Source: Thermoplasmata archaeon
Lineage (GTDB): Archaea > Thermoplasmatota > E2 > JACPAO01 > JAHFTW01
Direction of reading: 5' to 3'
Assembly (NCBI GenBank): GCA_034667725.1
Contig: JAXDQS010000003.1
Span: forward strand, 192,001-256,000
Length of the DNA stretch: 64,000 bases
Shown here: positions 8,979 to 20,042 of the stretch, one piece after another
How positions within the stretch are numbered: position 1 is the first letter of the stretch
Layout: every line of letters starts with the position of its first letter
Notes under the pieces: model-generated
The model's database searches: none
What the model saw: only the letters and a program-made list of their open reading frames with translations
Told to the model about the DNA's origin: nothing
Program-made: the position numbers and the translations under genes

Positions 8979-9425
8979 CTACGGCTGGACGGCGTCGGGC
9001 GCGGCGGGCTTGCGCTTGGGTGCCGCGAACGCCAGGATGGCGGCCTGCAGGGCGGTGAGTGCCACGGCGCCGGTGACGAGCAGGATGACGGTGGCCTCCG
9101 GCAGCGGGTACTGGTGCTGCTTGCAGGTCGCTGTGAGGATCACGTCCGCGCAGGTCGGCTCCGCGTCCAGGTCCAGGAAGCCCCGGCCGGCGACCACGAA
9201 GTTGGGGATGGCGAAGATGATGGCGCCGAACAGCCCGACGACGCGGGCGTCCGGATGGCCGCGCGCGTACAGCAGGCCGCACATCAGCGTAAACACGGCC
9301 GACACCAAGGTCGCCGCGGCCCAGACGGGGTCCGGGGCCGTCTTGGCGGCCCCGTCCAGCGGGTAGCGCACGACGTACCAGAGCGCGACCGCCCACCCGA
9401 CGCTGGCCAAGCCCGCCAGCAGCAT
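8979..9425 (-). CDS. hypothetical membrane protein
   Basis: 4 hydrophobic segments, Cys pair in a loop. Confidence 0.6.
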   Translation of the reverse strand: MLLAGLASVGWAVALWYVVRYPLDGAAKTAPDPVWAAATLVSAVFTLMCGLLYARGHPDARVVGLFGAIIFAIPNFVVAGRGFLDLDAEPTCADVILTATCKQHQYPLPEATVILLVTGAVALTALQAAILAFAAPKRKPAAPDAVQP

Positions 9426-9521
9426 CCCGACGGCGCCGGCGCCCCGAGCCTTGAACACGCGCGAGCGACGGGGCTGCGCGCTATTCAAGGGTTGCGAAGG
9501 CCGCGGCCGGCCGCGGGCGGG

Positions 9522-11360
<1,839 letters not shown>

Positions 11361-11429
11361 GCCCCAGGCAACGCGTGGTGCCGTGATAACGGTGATGCAG
11401 GCTAAGAGCGGCCGGGGCTTGCCGCGGCC

Positions 11430-12056
11430 GTGGAACAAGAGGCCGCCGCCTGGGATGCCCGCGAGGCGTACCGGTTCCTCACCGCGGCCGTCGCCCCCCG
11501 CCCGATCGCCTGGGTCACGACCCTGTCGCCCGCCGGCCTCCCCAACGCGGCGCCGTTCAGCTGGTTCAACGCCGTGTGCGCCGACCCCATGATGCTCGCC
11601 ATCTCCATCCAGCGGCGCGCCGACGGCTCCCTCAAGGACACGGTGCGCAACATCCGCGACACCGGCGAGTTCGTCGTCAACGCCGTGACCCGCGGGCTGG
11701 TGGCGCCGATGGTGGCCTCCTCGGTCGACTTCCCGCCCGACGTGTCGGAGCCCGAGCGCCTGGGCTTGCGCCTGGCCCCGTCCAAGGCCGTCCGCCCGCC
11801 CCGCCTCGCCGACAGCCCGATCCACTTCGAATGCCGCCTGCACAGCGAAACGGTGCTGGGCCGCAAGGGCGACCTCAGCCACGTCCTGGGGGAGGTCGTC
11901 CACGTGGGCGCCGACGACGCGGTGCTGGACGCGCACGGCCACCTCGACCCCGCCAAGGCGGTGCTGCTTGCCCGCATGGGCGGCGCGAACTACGTGGCGG
12001 CCGACCGGCCGTTCGAGCACAAGCGCCCGAGCGGCGACGCGCTGCGCGGCGCTTGA
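11430..12056 (+). CDS. flavin reductase family protein
   Basis: PRPIAWVTT..NAAPFSWFN..KDT..NIRDTGEFVVN. Confidence 0.9.
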   Translation: MEQEAAAWDAREAYRFLTAAVAPRPIAWVTTLSPAGLPNAAPFSWFNAVCADPMMLAISIQRRADGSLKDTVRNIRDTGEFVVNAVTRGLVAPMVASSVDFPPDVSEPERLGLRLAPSKAVRPPRLADSPIHFECRLHSETVLGRKGDLSHVLGEVVHVGADDAVLDAHGHLDPAKAVLLARMGGANYVAADRPFEHKRPSGDALRGA

Positions 12057-12062
12057 CGGCCT

Positions 12063-12428
12063 TCAGAACGTCCCGCGCGCCACGACGTCCCGCACGAAGG
12101 CCGGGTCGTGGTCGATGCGGACCTCGCTCACGCGATCGCCTTGGGCCTTGAGGCGCACGACGGCGTAGGGGACCTGCAGGCGCTCGGGGTCGCTCCACTG
12201 CACCAGCATGGGCTCGCCTTCGACCATCAGCACGCGGCCGAGGCCGCCGGCGAACTCCCTGCCAAGGGCCGCAAGGACCGAATCTGGGCCCTCCCCGACC
12301 CATTCACCGTCGCGCACCACGCGGGACGAGGCGGGATAGTGCCCTGCGAGCGCGGCCGTGTCCTGGCCGTTGCAGCAGGCAGCATGATGCCGGAAGAGGG
12401 CTGCGCGAGCGGCGTCCATGGCAACCAC
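12063..12428 (-). CDS. NTF2/SnoaL-like protein
   Basis: Size and pattern (A..N..D..AL..HY......G..G); weak. Confidence 0.5.
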   Translation of the reverse strand: MVAMDAARAALFRHHAACCNGQDTAALAGHYPASSRVVRDGEWVGEGPDSVLAALGREFAGGLGRVLMVEGEPMLVQWSDPERLQVPYAVVRLKAQGDRVSEVRIDHDPAFVRDVVARGTF

Positions 12429-12531
12429 GGAATGATTGCACGGCGACCATAAGAACCCGCGGCCGGCAGCCGAACGGGTTCACGTCCGGCGCAGGGACAA
12501 TCCTCGTAAGCCGGCGGCAACTGGCGGCCAG

Positions 12532-14565
12532 GTGAACGGCGCGGGCGCCTCGCCGGACTTTTACCTGAAGGCGATCGCGGCGGTGGGCGCCCTGCTGTTC
12601 GGCGGCTTCGTGCTGGCGGGCGGCCCCCGGCGCCGGGCGAGCCTGTTCCTGGCCGGCTTCCTGGCGCTGATCGCCGGCAACCAGGCCGTCGAGGCCTACC
12701 GGGCGCTGGTGCCCGGCGCCTACGAGGACCTTGGGCTGTTCCGGCTGGCGACCCTGTTCGCGCTGCTGGACCCGCTGCTGCTCTACGGCTTCGCCGCCTC
12801 GTACCCGCGCCGCAACCGCCTCGCCCAGCCCGCCCGGTGGCTGCCGCTCGCCGCGGCCCCGCTGCTGCTGCTCGGGTGGGCCTTGAGTGTTGCGACCACC
12901 GACGCGGGCGACCCGCGCTTCCTCTGGGGCGAGGTCGGGCTGGCCGCCTACACGGCCGCCGCCTACCTGCAGGTCTGGGCGTGGGCGCTGCGGCGGGCGG
13001 CGGCGCGGCCCGGCTCCCCGACCCGGCTCCTGTTCGCGGGGATGTGCTGCGCCGCCATCCCGGCGTTCGAGCGGGTCAGCGGCGACCTCAGCCGCTTCGC
13101 CGACGGCCCCGCCGCCCAAGACCTCGTCAAGGTGGCCTTGTGGGCCCCGCTGGCGGCAGGCGTGCTGTGGGCCGTCGCGCGCCGGGCCCGCGGCCGCCGC
13201 ACAGGGCCGTTCCTGCTCGGCTGGGCCGGCTTCGGGCTGCTCTTGATGGTGCTGCTCAACCTGTTCTCGGCCATCGCGGTCGTCACCCGCCACGACCCTG
13301 CCCCAGAGCTTGGCGTGATCGGGCGGGCCGCCGCCTCGGTGCGCTGGCTGCTGTTCGCCGGCCTGGTGTCGGTCGCGGTGCTGCGCCACGACCTCCTGGG
13401 CCTGAGCATGGGCGTCCGCCGCGCCGCCGCCCGCGTGATGGTCGCCTTCGCCTTCGTCGTGGCCGCCGTGCTGCTCTTGGTCTCGACCAGCCCGCTTTTG
13501 GGCCCGACGGGGCCGTCGCTGTGGTTCGAGCTGGGCATCCTCGCCGCCGCCGTGCTGCTGTCGCAGGGCTTCCGCGCGGTCGTGGGCCGGGCCGCGCGCA
13601 TCCTCTACGGCGTGCCCGACCGCTCCGACCCCGCCGCCGCGGCCGACGCCTACCGGCTCGGCGTGCTGCAGGCGCTCGAGAGCGGCATGACGCCGCACGA
13701 CGCGCCCGTGCGCCGGCTGCAGGCGGAGCTCGGCCTCGACGACCGCACCGCCGCCGCCATCGCAAGGGCCGCGGGCGACGCCGTCGGCGGGCCGCTCGCG
13801 GCGGGGCAGGTGGTCGGCGGGCGGTTCCGGGTCGAGCGCTTCCTCGGCCGCGGGGGCTCCGGCCGCGCCTTCCTGGCGCACGACGAGCTGCTGCAGCGCA
13901 CCGTGGTGCTGAAGGAGGTCCTCACCGACGGCCCCGACGACGAGGCGGAGGTGCTGCGCGAGGCGCGGCTGGCCGGCGGCCTGCAGCACCCGAACGTCGT
14001 CACGGTCCACGACGTGCTGCGCCGCTCCGGCTCGATCCTGCTGGTGTCGGAGCACGTGGCCGGCGGCTCGCTCCAGCAACGACTGGCGGAGGCGCCGCCA
14101 GAGCCGGAGGAGGCGCTGGACATCGCCGATGGCGTGCTGGCCGGGCTGGAGGCGATCCACGCGCTCGGCATCGTCCACCGCGACCTCACGCCCGGCAACG
14201 TCCTGCTGCGCCCCGACGGCCTGCCGAAGATCGCGGACTTCGGCATCGCGCGCGCCCGCGCCGGCGCGGCGGGGGCCACGGCCCGCTTCGGCGACGAGCC
14301 CGTGCAGGGCACGCTCGGCTACATGGCGCCCGAGCAGCGCCGCGGCGAGCCGGCCACGCCCGCCTCCGACGCCTACCAGGCCGGCCAACTGCTGCGCGCG
14401 CTGTTCGCGGACGCCATGCCGGCCGGGCTGGCGGCGGCGGTCAAGCGGGCGCTGGCGGCCGACCCGGCGGCGCGGCCGGACAGCAAGCAGCTGCGGGCCG
14501 CGGTGCGCCGCGCCCGCGCCGCCCTCAAGCCTGGAACACCAGCGCGCTCCGGCCGACGCCGATGA
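12532..14565 (+). CDS. membrane-anchored Hanks-type Ser/Thr protein kinase
   Basis: Multi-TM N-terminus; LGRGGSG, VVLKE, HRDLTPGN, DFG, APE; start uncertain (ORF opens at 12436). Confidence 0.9.
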   Translation: MNGAGASPDFYLKAIAAVGALLFGGFVLAGGPRRRASLFLAGFLALIAGNQAVEAYRALVPGAYEDLGLFRLATLFALLDPLLLYGFAASYPRRNRLAQPARWLPLAAAPLLLLGWALSVATTDAGDPRFLWGEVGLAAYTAAAYLQVWAWALRRAAARPGSPTRLLFAGMCCAAIPAFERVSGDLSRFADGPAAQDLVKVALWAPLAAGVLWAVARRARGRRTGPFLLGWAGFGLLLMVLLNLFSAIAVVTRHDPAPELGVIGRAAASVRWLLFAGLVSVAVLRHDLLGLSMGVRRAAARVMVAFAFVVAAVLLLVSTSPLLGPTGPSLWFELGILAAAVLLSQGFRAVVGRAARILYGVPDRSDPAAAADAYRLGVLQALESGMTPHDAPVRRLQAELGLDDRTAAAIARAAGDAVGGPLAAGQVVGGRFRVERFLGRGGSGRAFLAHDELLQRTVVLKEVLTDGPDDEAEVLREARLAGGLQHPNVVTVHDVLRRSGSILLVSEHVAGGSLQQRLAEAPPEPEEALDIADGVLAGLEAIHALGIVHRDLTPGNVLLRPDGLPKIADFGIARARAGAAGATARFGDEPVQGTLGYMAPEQRRGEPATPASDAYQAGQLLRALFADAMPAGLAAAVKRALAADPAARPDSKQLRAAVRRARAALKPGTPARSGRRR

Positions 14566-15241
14566 TGTCGCCCTTCTCCAACGGATGCTGCTTGCCCTTG
14601 GCGATGGTCTCGAAGTTGAGCTGGGTGCCGTTGCGGCTGTGCGGCAGGTCCTCGATGCGGTAGCCGACGCCGTCGAACCGGATGCGGGCGTTCTCGGCGC
14701 TCACCGAGGCGTCGAAGTCGAGCGACACCGCCAGCCCGCGGCGCCGCCCGATGAGCCAGGCCGCTTCCCCCGTGGCCGGCGGCTTGAGCCCGAACACCTG
14801 GCCTTCGTCGAGGCCCTTCACCAGGACGAGGCGCGGCCCAGGGGCATGGGCCGGCGAGGGCGCCGGCGCGAACACCTGCGTGAGACCGGCCACGGGCTCC
14901 GCGGGCCGCAGCCGGGCCAGCGCGCGCACCTCCTCGCTCAACGAGAACAGCGCACGGTGGTTCACCACGTACTCCAGCGTCGTGCCACGGCCCCGGTCGG
15001 CGTCGCGCGCCACCACGATGCCCATCTCGACCAGCCGGTCCAGGTGCTGCTTGACGGTCTGGCGCGCCAGGATGCGGCCGCCCGCCTTGGTCTCCGGCCC
15101 GCGCAGCGTGATCTGGGTCACCGTCCGCGGCGTGCGCAGCTCGCGCAGCAGCCGGATGCGCGCCGGGGTCGCAAGCGCCCGCAGCGCGTCCGCGAACGCT
15201 GCCGTCGAATCCGGCGCGCCCAGAGGCTCGTCCTGGTCCAT
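14525..15241 (-). CDS. ArsR-like HTH plus FHA domain protein
   Basis: ALATPARIRLL..TVKQHLDRLVEMGIV (wHTH); IGR..SVSAENARI..SRNGT..GDIIGVG (FHA). Confidence 0.85.
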   Translation of the reverse strand: MDQDEPLGAPDSTAAFADALRALATPARIRLLRELRTPRTVTQITLRGPETKAGGRILARQTVKQHLDRLVEMGIVVARDADRGRGTTLEYVVNHRALFSLSEEVRALARLRPAEPVAGLTQVFAPAPSPAHAPGPRLVLVKGLDEGQVFGLKPPATGEAAWLIGRRRGLAVSLDFDASVSAENARIRFDGVGYRIEDLPHSRNGTQLNFETIAKGKQHPLEKGDIIGVGRSALVFQA

Positions 15242-15282
15242 GGCGTGGCCACCGCATCCCGTGGGTATATGCTGCGCGGCCC

Positions 15283-16182
15283 ATGCCGGGCCGCTTGGAC
15301 GCGACCTTCTTGGCGCACGGCGGCGCGACGGCCGGCAAGGACGCCGCGGACGGCACGCAGCGCGCCTGCGCGGCCGGCCAGCGGGCGTTCCAGGAGGGCG
15401 CCTCGCTGCTGGACGCCGCGGTGCTGGCGTGCCGCGTGCTGGAGGACGACGGCCGCTTCAACGCCGGCCGCGGCAGCCAGCTCCGCCTGGACGGCAAGAC
15501 CGTCGAGATGGACGCCGCCTGCATGACCTCCGACGGCCAGTTCGGCGCCGTCATCTGCGTTGCCGACGTCCGCAACCCGATCCTGGCCGCACGCGCGGTC
15601 CACGACACGCCGCACAACGCGCTCGTCGGCGACGGCGCCACCGCGTTCGCCCGCAGCCTCGGGCTGGCGGGCCGCGAGGCGCCCTCGGAGGCCGCGGTGC
15701 GGCACGCCCTCGCGGCCCGCAAGGCGCTGCAAGAGCACGGCCACGCCCAGGAGACGGGCTGGCGGCTGGACAAGATCCTGGAGCACTGGAACTACCAGGA
15801 GCCGCCGCCCCAGGAGCTGCTCGGCTCGGACACGGTCGGCGTGGTGGCCACCGACGGGCGCGCGTTCGTGGCCGCCGCCAGCACGGGCGGCCTCAGCATC
15901 ACGCTGCGCGGCCGCGCCAGCGACGTCGGCATGCTCGGCGCCGGCATCTACGCCGGGCGGCACGGCGCCGTCGCCTGCACCGGCCGCGGCGAGTTCCTCG
16001 CCCGGTCGCTGTTCAGCCACCGCGTGTACCAAGGGCTGGCCGACGGCCTCGACGCGGGCGCCGCGATCGAGCGCGCCATGCGGGTGGTGCCCGACAAGAC
16101 CGCGGTCGGCGCCATCGCGGTCGGGACGGGCTCGGCGGCGGGGGCGGACAACTGCCGGATGCCGTGGTCGAGGGCCGGGTAG
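15283..16182 (+). CDS. isoaspartyl peptidase/L-asparaginase (Ntn hydrolase)
   Basis: HGGA, LEDD..FNAG.G, EMDAACM, DTVG nucleophile, STGG, TG.GE. Confidence 0.9.
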   Translation: MPGRLDATFLAHGGATAGKDAADGTQRACAAGQRAFQEGASLLDAAVLACRVLEDDGRFNAGRGSQLRLDGKTVEMDAACMTSDGQFGAVICVADVRNPILAARAVHDTPHNALVGDGATAFARSLGLAGREAPSEAAVRHALAARKALQEHGHAQETGWRLDKILEHWNYQEPPPQELLGSDTVGVVATDGRAFVAAASTGGLSITLRGRASDVGMLGAGIYAGRHGAVACTGRGEFLARSLFSHRVYQGLADGLDAGAAIERAMRVVPDKTAVGAIAVGTGSAAGADNCRMPWSRAG

Positions 16183-16287
16183 CAGGCATCGCCAGGTTCA
16201 AGGCCTTGCGGCGACGACACCGAGGCCATGCCGCGTGGGAGCGGACGCCCGGACGTTTCGCAACGCCCTCGCAGGGAAGCCCCTGGA

Positions 16288-16503
16288 ATGCTCACGGGGC
16301 TGGCCATCCTGGAGCGCGAGCTTGGGCTGAACGAATACGCCCGCCACCAGCTCGAAGGCCGGCTGGCGCGCAAGCTGCCGGCCGCCGAGGCCCAGCGGCT
16401 GCGGGCGGAGCTGGAGGAGCTGCGAATCCGGCGGCTGCAGACCATCCGGCTCCTGGACGACCTGCACGCCAAGCTCGAAGGGCTGGCGGCGGGCCCCGAT
16501 TGA
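16288..16503 (+). CDS. small coiled-coil hypothetical protein
   Basis: MLTGLAILERELGLNEYARHQ..; helical heptad pattern. Confidence 0.5.
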   Translation: MLTGLAILERELGLNEYARHQLEGRLARKLPAAEAQRLRAELEELRIRRLQTIRLLDDLHAKLEGLAAGPD

Positions 16504-16525
16504 AGCGTGGCCCGCGCGGCTCAGG

Positions 16526-17131
16526 TCATTCGGTCTTCGGCGCGACGGGCGCCACGTCAAGGCCAGCCAGGCCGGCACGCTGCAGCCGACCAAGGCGGTC
16601 CGCCGTGGCGGGCTCAAGGACGAGCATGGCCCGCGCCGCCCGCTTTGGCTTGGCGGGCCAACGGGACCGCAGCATGGGCAGGCCCGGCGGCCGGTCCTCC
16701 ACCAAGGACTCGATCACGAGCTTGGACCCGATGCGCTCCAACGGGGTGGCCGACAGAAGGGCGGCCAGCTGCTTCAAGTCGTCCACGCGGCCGGTGCGCG
16801 CAAGCACCATGACATTGCAGGGCCCCGTCGTCGCGAAGGCATGCACCACGTTGGGGATGGCCTTGAGCAGGGTGGCGGCTTCCGCAAGCCGGGCGGGCGG
16901 GCAGTAGGCCTCGACGAGTGTAAGCACGGGCAGGCCGACGAGCGCCCAGTCCACGGTCGCCTCGAAGCCCAGAAGGACGCCATGCGCCTCCAGGCGGGCC
17001 ACACGGTCCTGGACCGTGCGCTCGTTGCAGCCGATGGCCTCCGCCACCTCGCGCAACGGGCTGCGGCCATGGGTTGACAGCACTTCCAGGATCCTCCGGT
17101 CTGTGTCGTCCAAGGCCCAGGGGCGTGCCAT
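16526..17131 (-). CDS. Lrp/AsnC family transcription regulator
   Basis: LDDTDRRIL..GR.PL.EVAEAIG..TV..RV.RLE..GV; RAM domain TTG. Confidence 0.88.
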   Translation of the reverse strand: MARPWALDDTDRRILEVLSTHGRSPLREVAEAIGCNERTVQDRVARLEAHGVLLGFEATVDWALVGLPVLTLVEAYCPPARLAEAATLLKAIPNVVHAFATTGPCNVMVLARTGRVDDLKQLAALLSATPLERIGSKLVIESLVEDRPPGLPMLRSRWPAKPKRAARAMLVLEPATADRLGRLQRAGLAGLDVAPVAPKTE

Positions 17132-17486
17132 GGCGTGTGCCATGCGCGCTCCAGCGGTTAGGGAGGCGCCCGTGCGCACATGTTGGGGTCCTGGGTCGGG
17201 TTTGCAGCACGGCGCCCAAGGGGTCGAGCCGGAATTTTGGCCAAAACCCGCAAAGTGCGTTGGGCCCGAGGCCAGCGCAGCAGCCGATGCAACCAAGGCG
17301 GAGTAGGTTTCGCCATGGATTTTGACCTTCACCGAGAATATACCGCGAGCAAATCGCTCTACAGGCGGGGTATGAGGCTCGTCAGACACAAGGTGGCATT
17401 TGGGGAACGGGCTTCGCCACCTGAAAGCCGCCATTCATTCCGCCCCCCTTCCCATATTTAGCCTGCCTCGCCTTCGCATCGCCGCT

Positions 17487-18707
17487 ATGGATCAGACCGA
17501 GCGCGCGGTGTTGAACTGGTTGAAGGCGCACCGGTCCAGCACGCCTTCCCCAGGCACGGCGCATCTGCCCGGCGACAAGGTTGGAATGCGACCCTTCGTT
17601 CTCGCGTCCGTCCCGCTGGCCAAATTGGACTTCCAAGACCACCGCTTCAACCCACGCACGCCAAGTCCGGCCAAAGTGAATGAACTCTCCGCGTCTATCC
17701 GTTATCTTGGTCTCCTCACCCCGCTGACGTGCTGCTACATCGAGGAGGAGGACAAGGTTGTCCTGATTGATGGCCGCCACCGGTATGGCGCATTGAAGTC
17801 GCTAGCCCAGGAAGACGCGGCGTGGGCGAAGGAAGCGGAGGTGGACGTGAAAATCTACTATCGCCTCCTAGTGAGCGACATCTACATTCTCGCCACCTAC
17901 CTTAACCGCACGCGACGCAACCTGAAGAAGGGCGAATACTACCAGGTAATCGTCAACATCTACGAGAATAAGCAGCAAGAATTGGAGAGCGAAACACGGA
18001 AGAAGCACACCGAAAAGGAGATTTTTGGCAAGATTAGCCATCGCGAACTCACTGATCGCAACTTCGACCTTTCCATTGGGCGCCTTGTCGGCATTGCAGC
18101 CTTCGATGAAGAAGAGGACGACGCCTGGTTCCCCTACGTTGGCAATCACCAGAGCGCCCGCGTCCAAAACGATTCGAGCCGCGGCTATTGCCCTTTGACC
18201 GCGGGCAACCTCGCATCGTTCCTACGGTTTCTCTGCAAGGCCCAGCCTTACGACGATGTTGGCCAAGCGCGTGCAATCGAACTCGCAAACGTCATCGAAT
18301 TGGGCCGCATTTTCCACAAAGGACTGTTGGAGCCCGTGGAAAGTTACATGCAAGCGACCGCTACTACTGTTGCCTGCAAGCACTGGCCACTCGTGGCATT
18401 TGGTCACCTACTCCGCGACTCCTCCATCTTTGCGGACCGCGAAGCAAAGTCCGCGCCGTTTGCAACCACGCTCAAGGCGAGCCAGAAGACCATGCTTACC
18501 AAGGCCGTAGCCGCTTACAAACAGGTAATGGCGGAACAGGCCACGCTGATTCAGGAGTTCAAGGAATCAGACAACGACCAAGACATCCTGCGAAAGGCAT
18601 GGAGTTACCAGACGCAAAAGAACTTGATTCTGGGCTATCTCAAGGACGAACTTGAGGCAAGGGTCACCGGGTTCACTGCCAAAATCGCGGAAGATGACCA
18701 AGAATGA
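17487..18707 (+). CDS. ParB/Srx (DGQHR/DndB-like) domain protein
   Basis: FNPR..VNELSASIR..GLLTPL..VLIDGRHRYGAL..LN; long unknown C-terminus. Confidence 0.75.
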   Translation: MDQTERAVLNWLKAHRSSTPSPGTAHLPGDKVGMRPFVLASVPLAKLDFQDHRFNPRTPSPAKVNELSASIRYLGLLTPLTCCYIEEEDKVVLIDGRHRYGALKSLAQEDAAWAKEAEVDVKIYYRLLVSDIYILATYLNRTRRNLKKGEYYQVIVNIYENKQQELESETRKKHTEKEIFGKISHRELTDRNFDLSIGRLVGIAAFDEEEDDAWFPYVGNHQSARVQNDSSRGYCPLTAGNLASFLRFLCKAQPYDDVGQARAIELANVIELGRIFHKGLLEPVESYMQATATTVACKHWPLVAFGHLLRDSSIFADREAKSAPFATTLKASQKTMLTKAVAAYKQVMAEQATLIQEFKESDNDQDILRKAWSYQTQKNLILGYLKDELEARVTGFTAKIAEDDQE

Positions 18708-20041
18708 CTGCCACTGATGCGTTCTTGAAAAACGCGGGCGTTCCGTTCGACGCGGCGACTGCGATGGTCAATGCATGGCCGATTGCACCCGATGCCGGCG
18801 GGGAGTTGAATGCGGCCGCAAAGCGGGTATCCTCGCTTGCACAGTTGGCTGTCGGCGAAGACAGCGACTGGCCCACCAAACAGAACATCCTGGAACGAAG
18901 TAGACTGGGCATCTACTCTCCCGTTCAACTCGTCCTGCTTGAGGCTGCAAACGCGACTCCTGCGAGCACCGACCTTGAGTATCCTTTCGCTTTCAGCAGC
19001 GTCGGGCTTGCAACAGAACTGCTGGTCAAAACACTTCAACGCGAGCCAAATCCTACGGGCACAACGGGATGGCCCCCCACCGATAGCACATCCTACGACA
19101 AGACCCGCCGCCTTCTTCAGTCGATGTTCCAGCAGCGCGAAGTCCGGGAGGAAGGTGAACCGCCGTCAATGGAAATCATCATCCCAATGGCGGAGGACGA
19201 CGCAGCACTTCCTCAAGTGACGTCCAAAAAACTCGGGCAGGTGTTCGGTCGCGGCGTGGCCATGCTTCAAGGAAGTGGATTGGCGACATTGCCCGCATCT
19301 GGCGGCCAGGTCTTCGAAATTTTCCAAACCCACGACACCGCACCCGGCACTAATCTCTACACGTTGGAGGAATCGTTCTCGCACCTTCCGGAGCGCAAAA
19401 TGTCGTTGACCTTGCGCCGAGACGGTCATGTGACTATTGCGATGGACAAGAATCCAATCTTGGAGTTCTACAACGGCGGCTGGCACATCTGCGACCTGAA
19501 GTATTCTAGGATCGCCCTGCAAGCCATTGCTCAGGCCGCATTCGGAACCGCCGTGCGCCCCGAAATCTTGCCCCGCATCCTCACCCTTGCTTACCACATG
19601 GCCACGCACGGTCACGGTGGAATCATCGGAGTAGTTCCGGAGGCCGTCGCGGCAGGCGCCGATTCCACCATCGTTGAGTTTGAACCGCAATCGCCGGAAA
19701 GCATCGGGGTTACGAACGCCATTCGTGCGGTCAAGGACAAGATGAAACTGACGGGCGACCTGACGATTGATCGCCTAGCGCAGATCGGCTTTGGTCGGTT
19801 GCTCCTGGCGGCCAACCTTCAGGATGGTGCGACCTTGTTCTTGCCCGATGGCCATTTCCACTCCTCGGGTAGAATGGTGAAACGGATTGCGGCCGGAGCG
19901 GGTGGCGGTTCTGGAGCCCGCGCGGCAAAGGGGATTGGCGCCGCCGGATTGGCCATCAAGATTAGCGAGGACGGCGCTATCAAGGTCTATTCCAGCATGG
20001 GTGGGGACAAGACCCCCGATGATGGACTGCGCATCCACTGA
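18704..20041 (+). CDS. DisA_N/diadenylate-cyclase-fold protein with N-terminal domain
   Basis: HGGIIGVVP, QDGATLF and LAIKISEDGAIKVY match DAC motifs; RHR position reads GSGARAA; ATGA-coupled to the upstream gene. Confidence 0.7.
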   Translation: MTATDAFLKNAGVPFDAATAMVNAWPIAPDAGGELNAAAKRVSSLAQLAVGEDSDWPTKQNILERSRLGIYSPVQLVLLEAANATPASTDLEYPFAFSSVGLATELLVKTLQREPNPTGTTGWPPTDSTSYDKTRRLLQSMFQQREVREEGEPPSMEIIIPMAEDDAALPQVTSKKLGQVFGRGVAMLQGSGLATLPASGGQVFEIFQTHDTAPGTNLYTLEESFSHLPERKMSLTLRRDGHVTIAMDKNPILEFYNGGWHICDLKYSRIALQAIAQAAFGTAVRPEILPRILTLAYHMATHGHGGIIGVVPEAVAAGADSTIVEFEPQSPESIGVTNAIRAVKDKMKLTGDLTIDRLAQIGFGRLLLAANLQDGATLFLPDGHFHSSGRMVKRIAAGAGGGSGARAAKGIGAAGLAIKISEDGAIKVYSSMGGDKTPDDGLRIH

Positions 20042-20042
20042 A

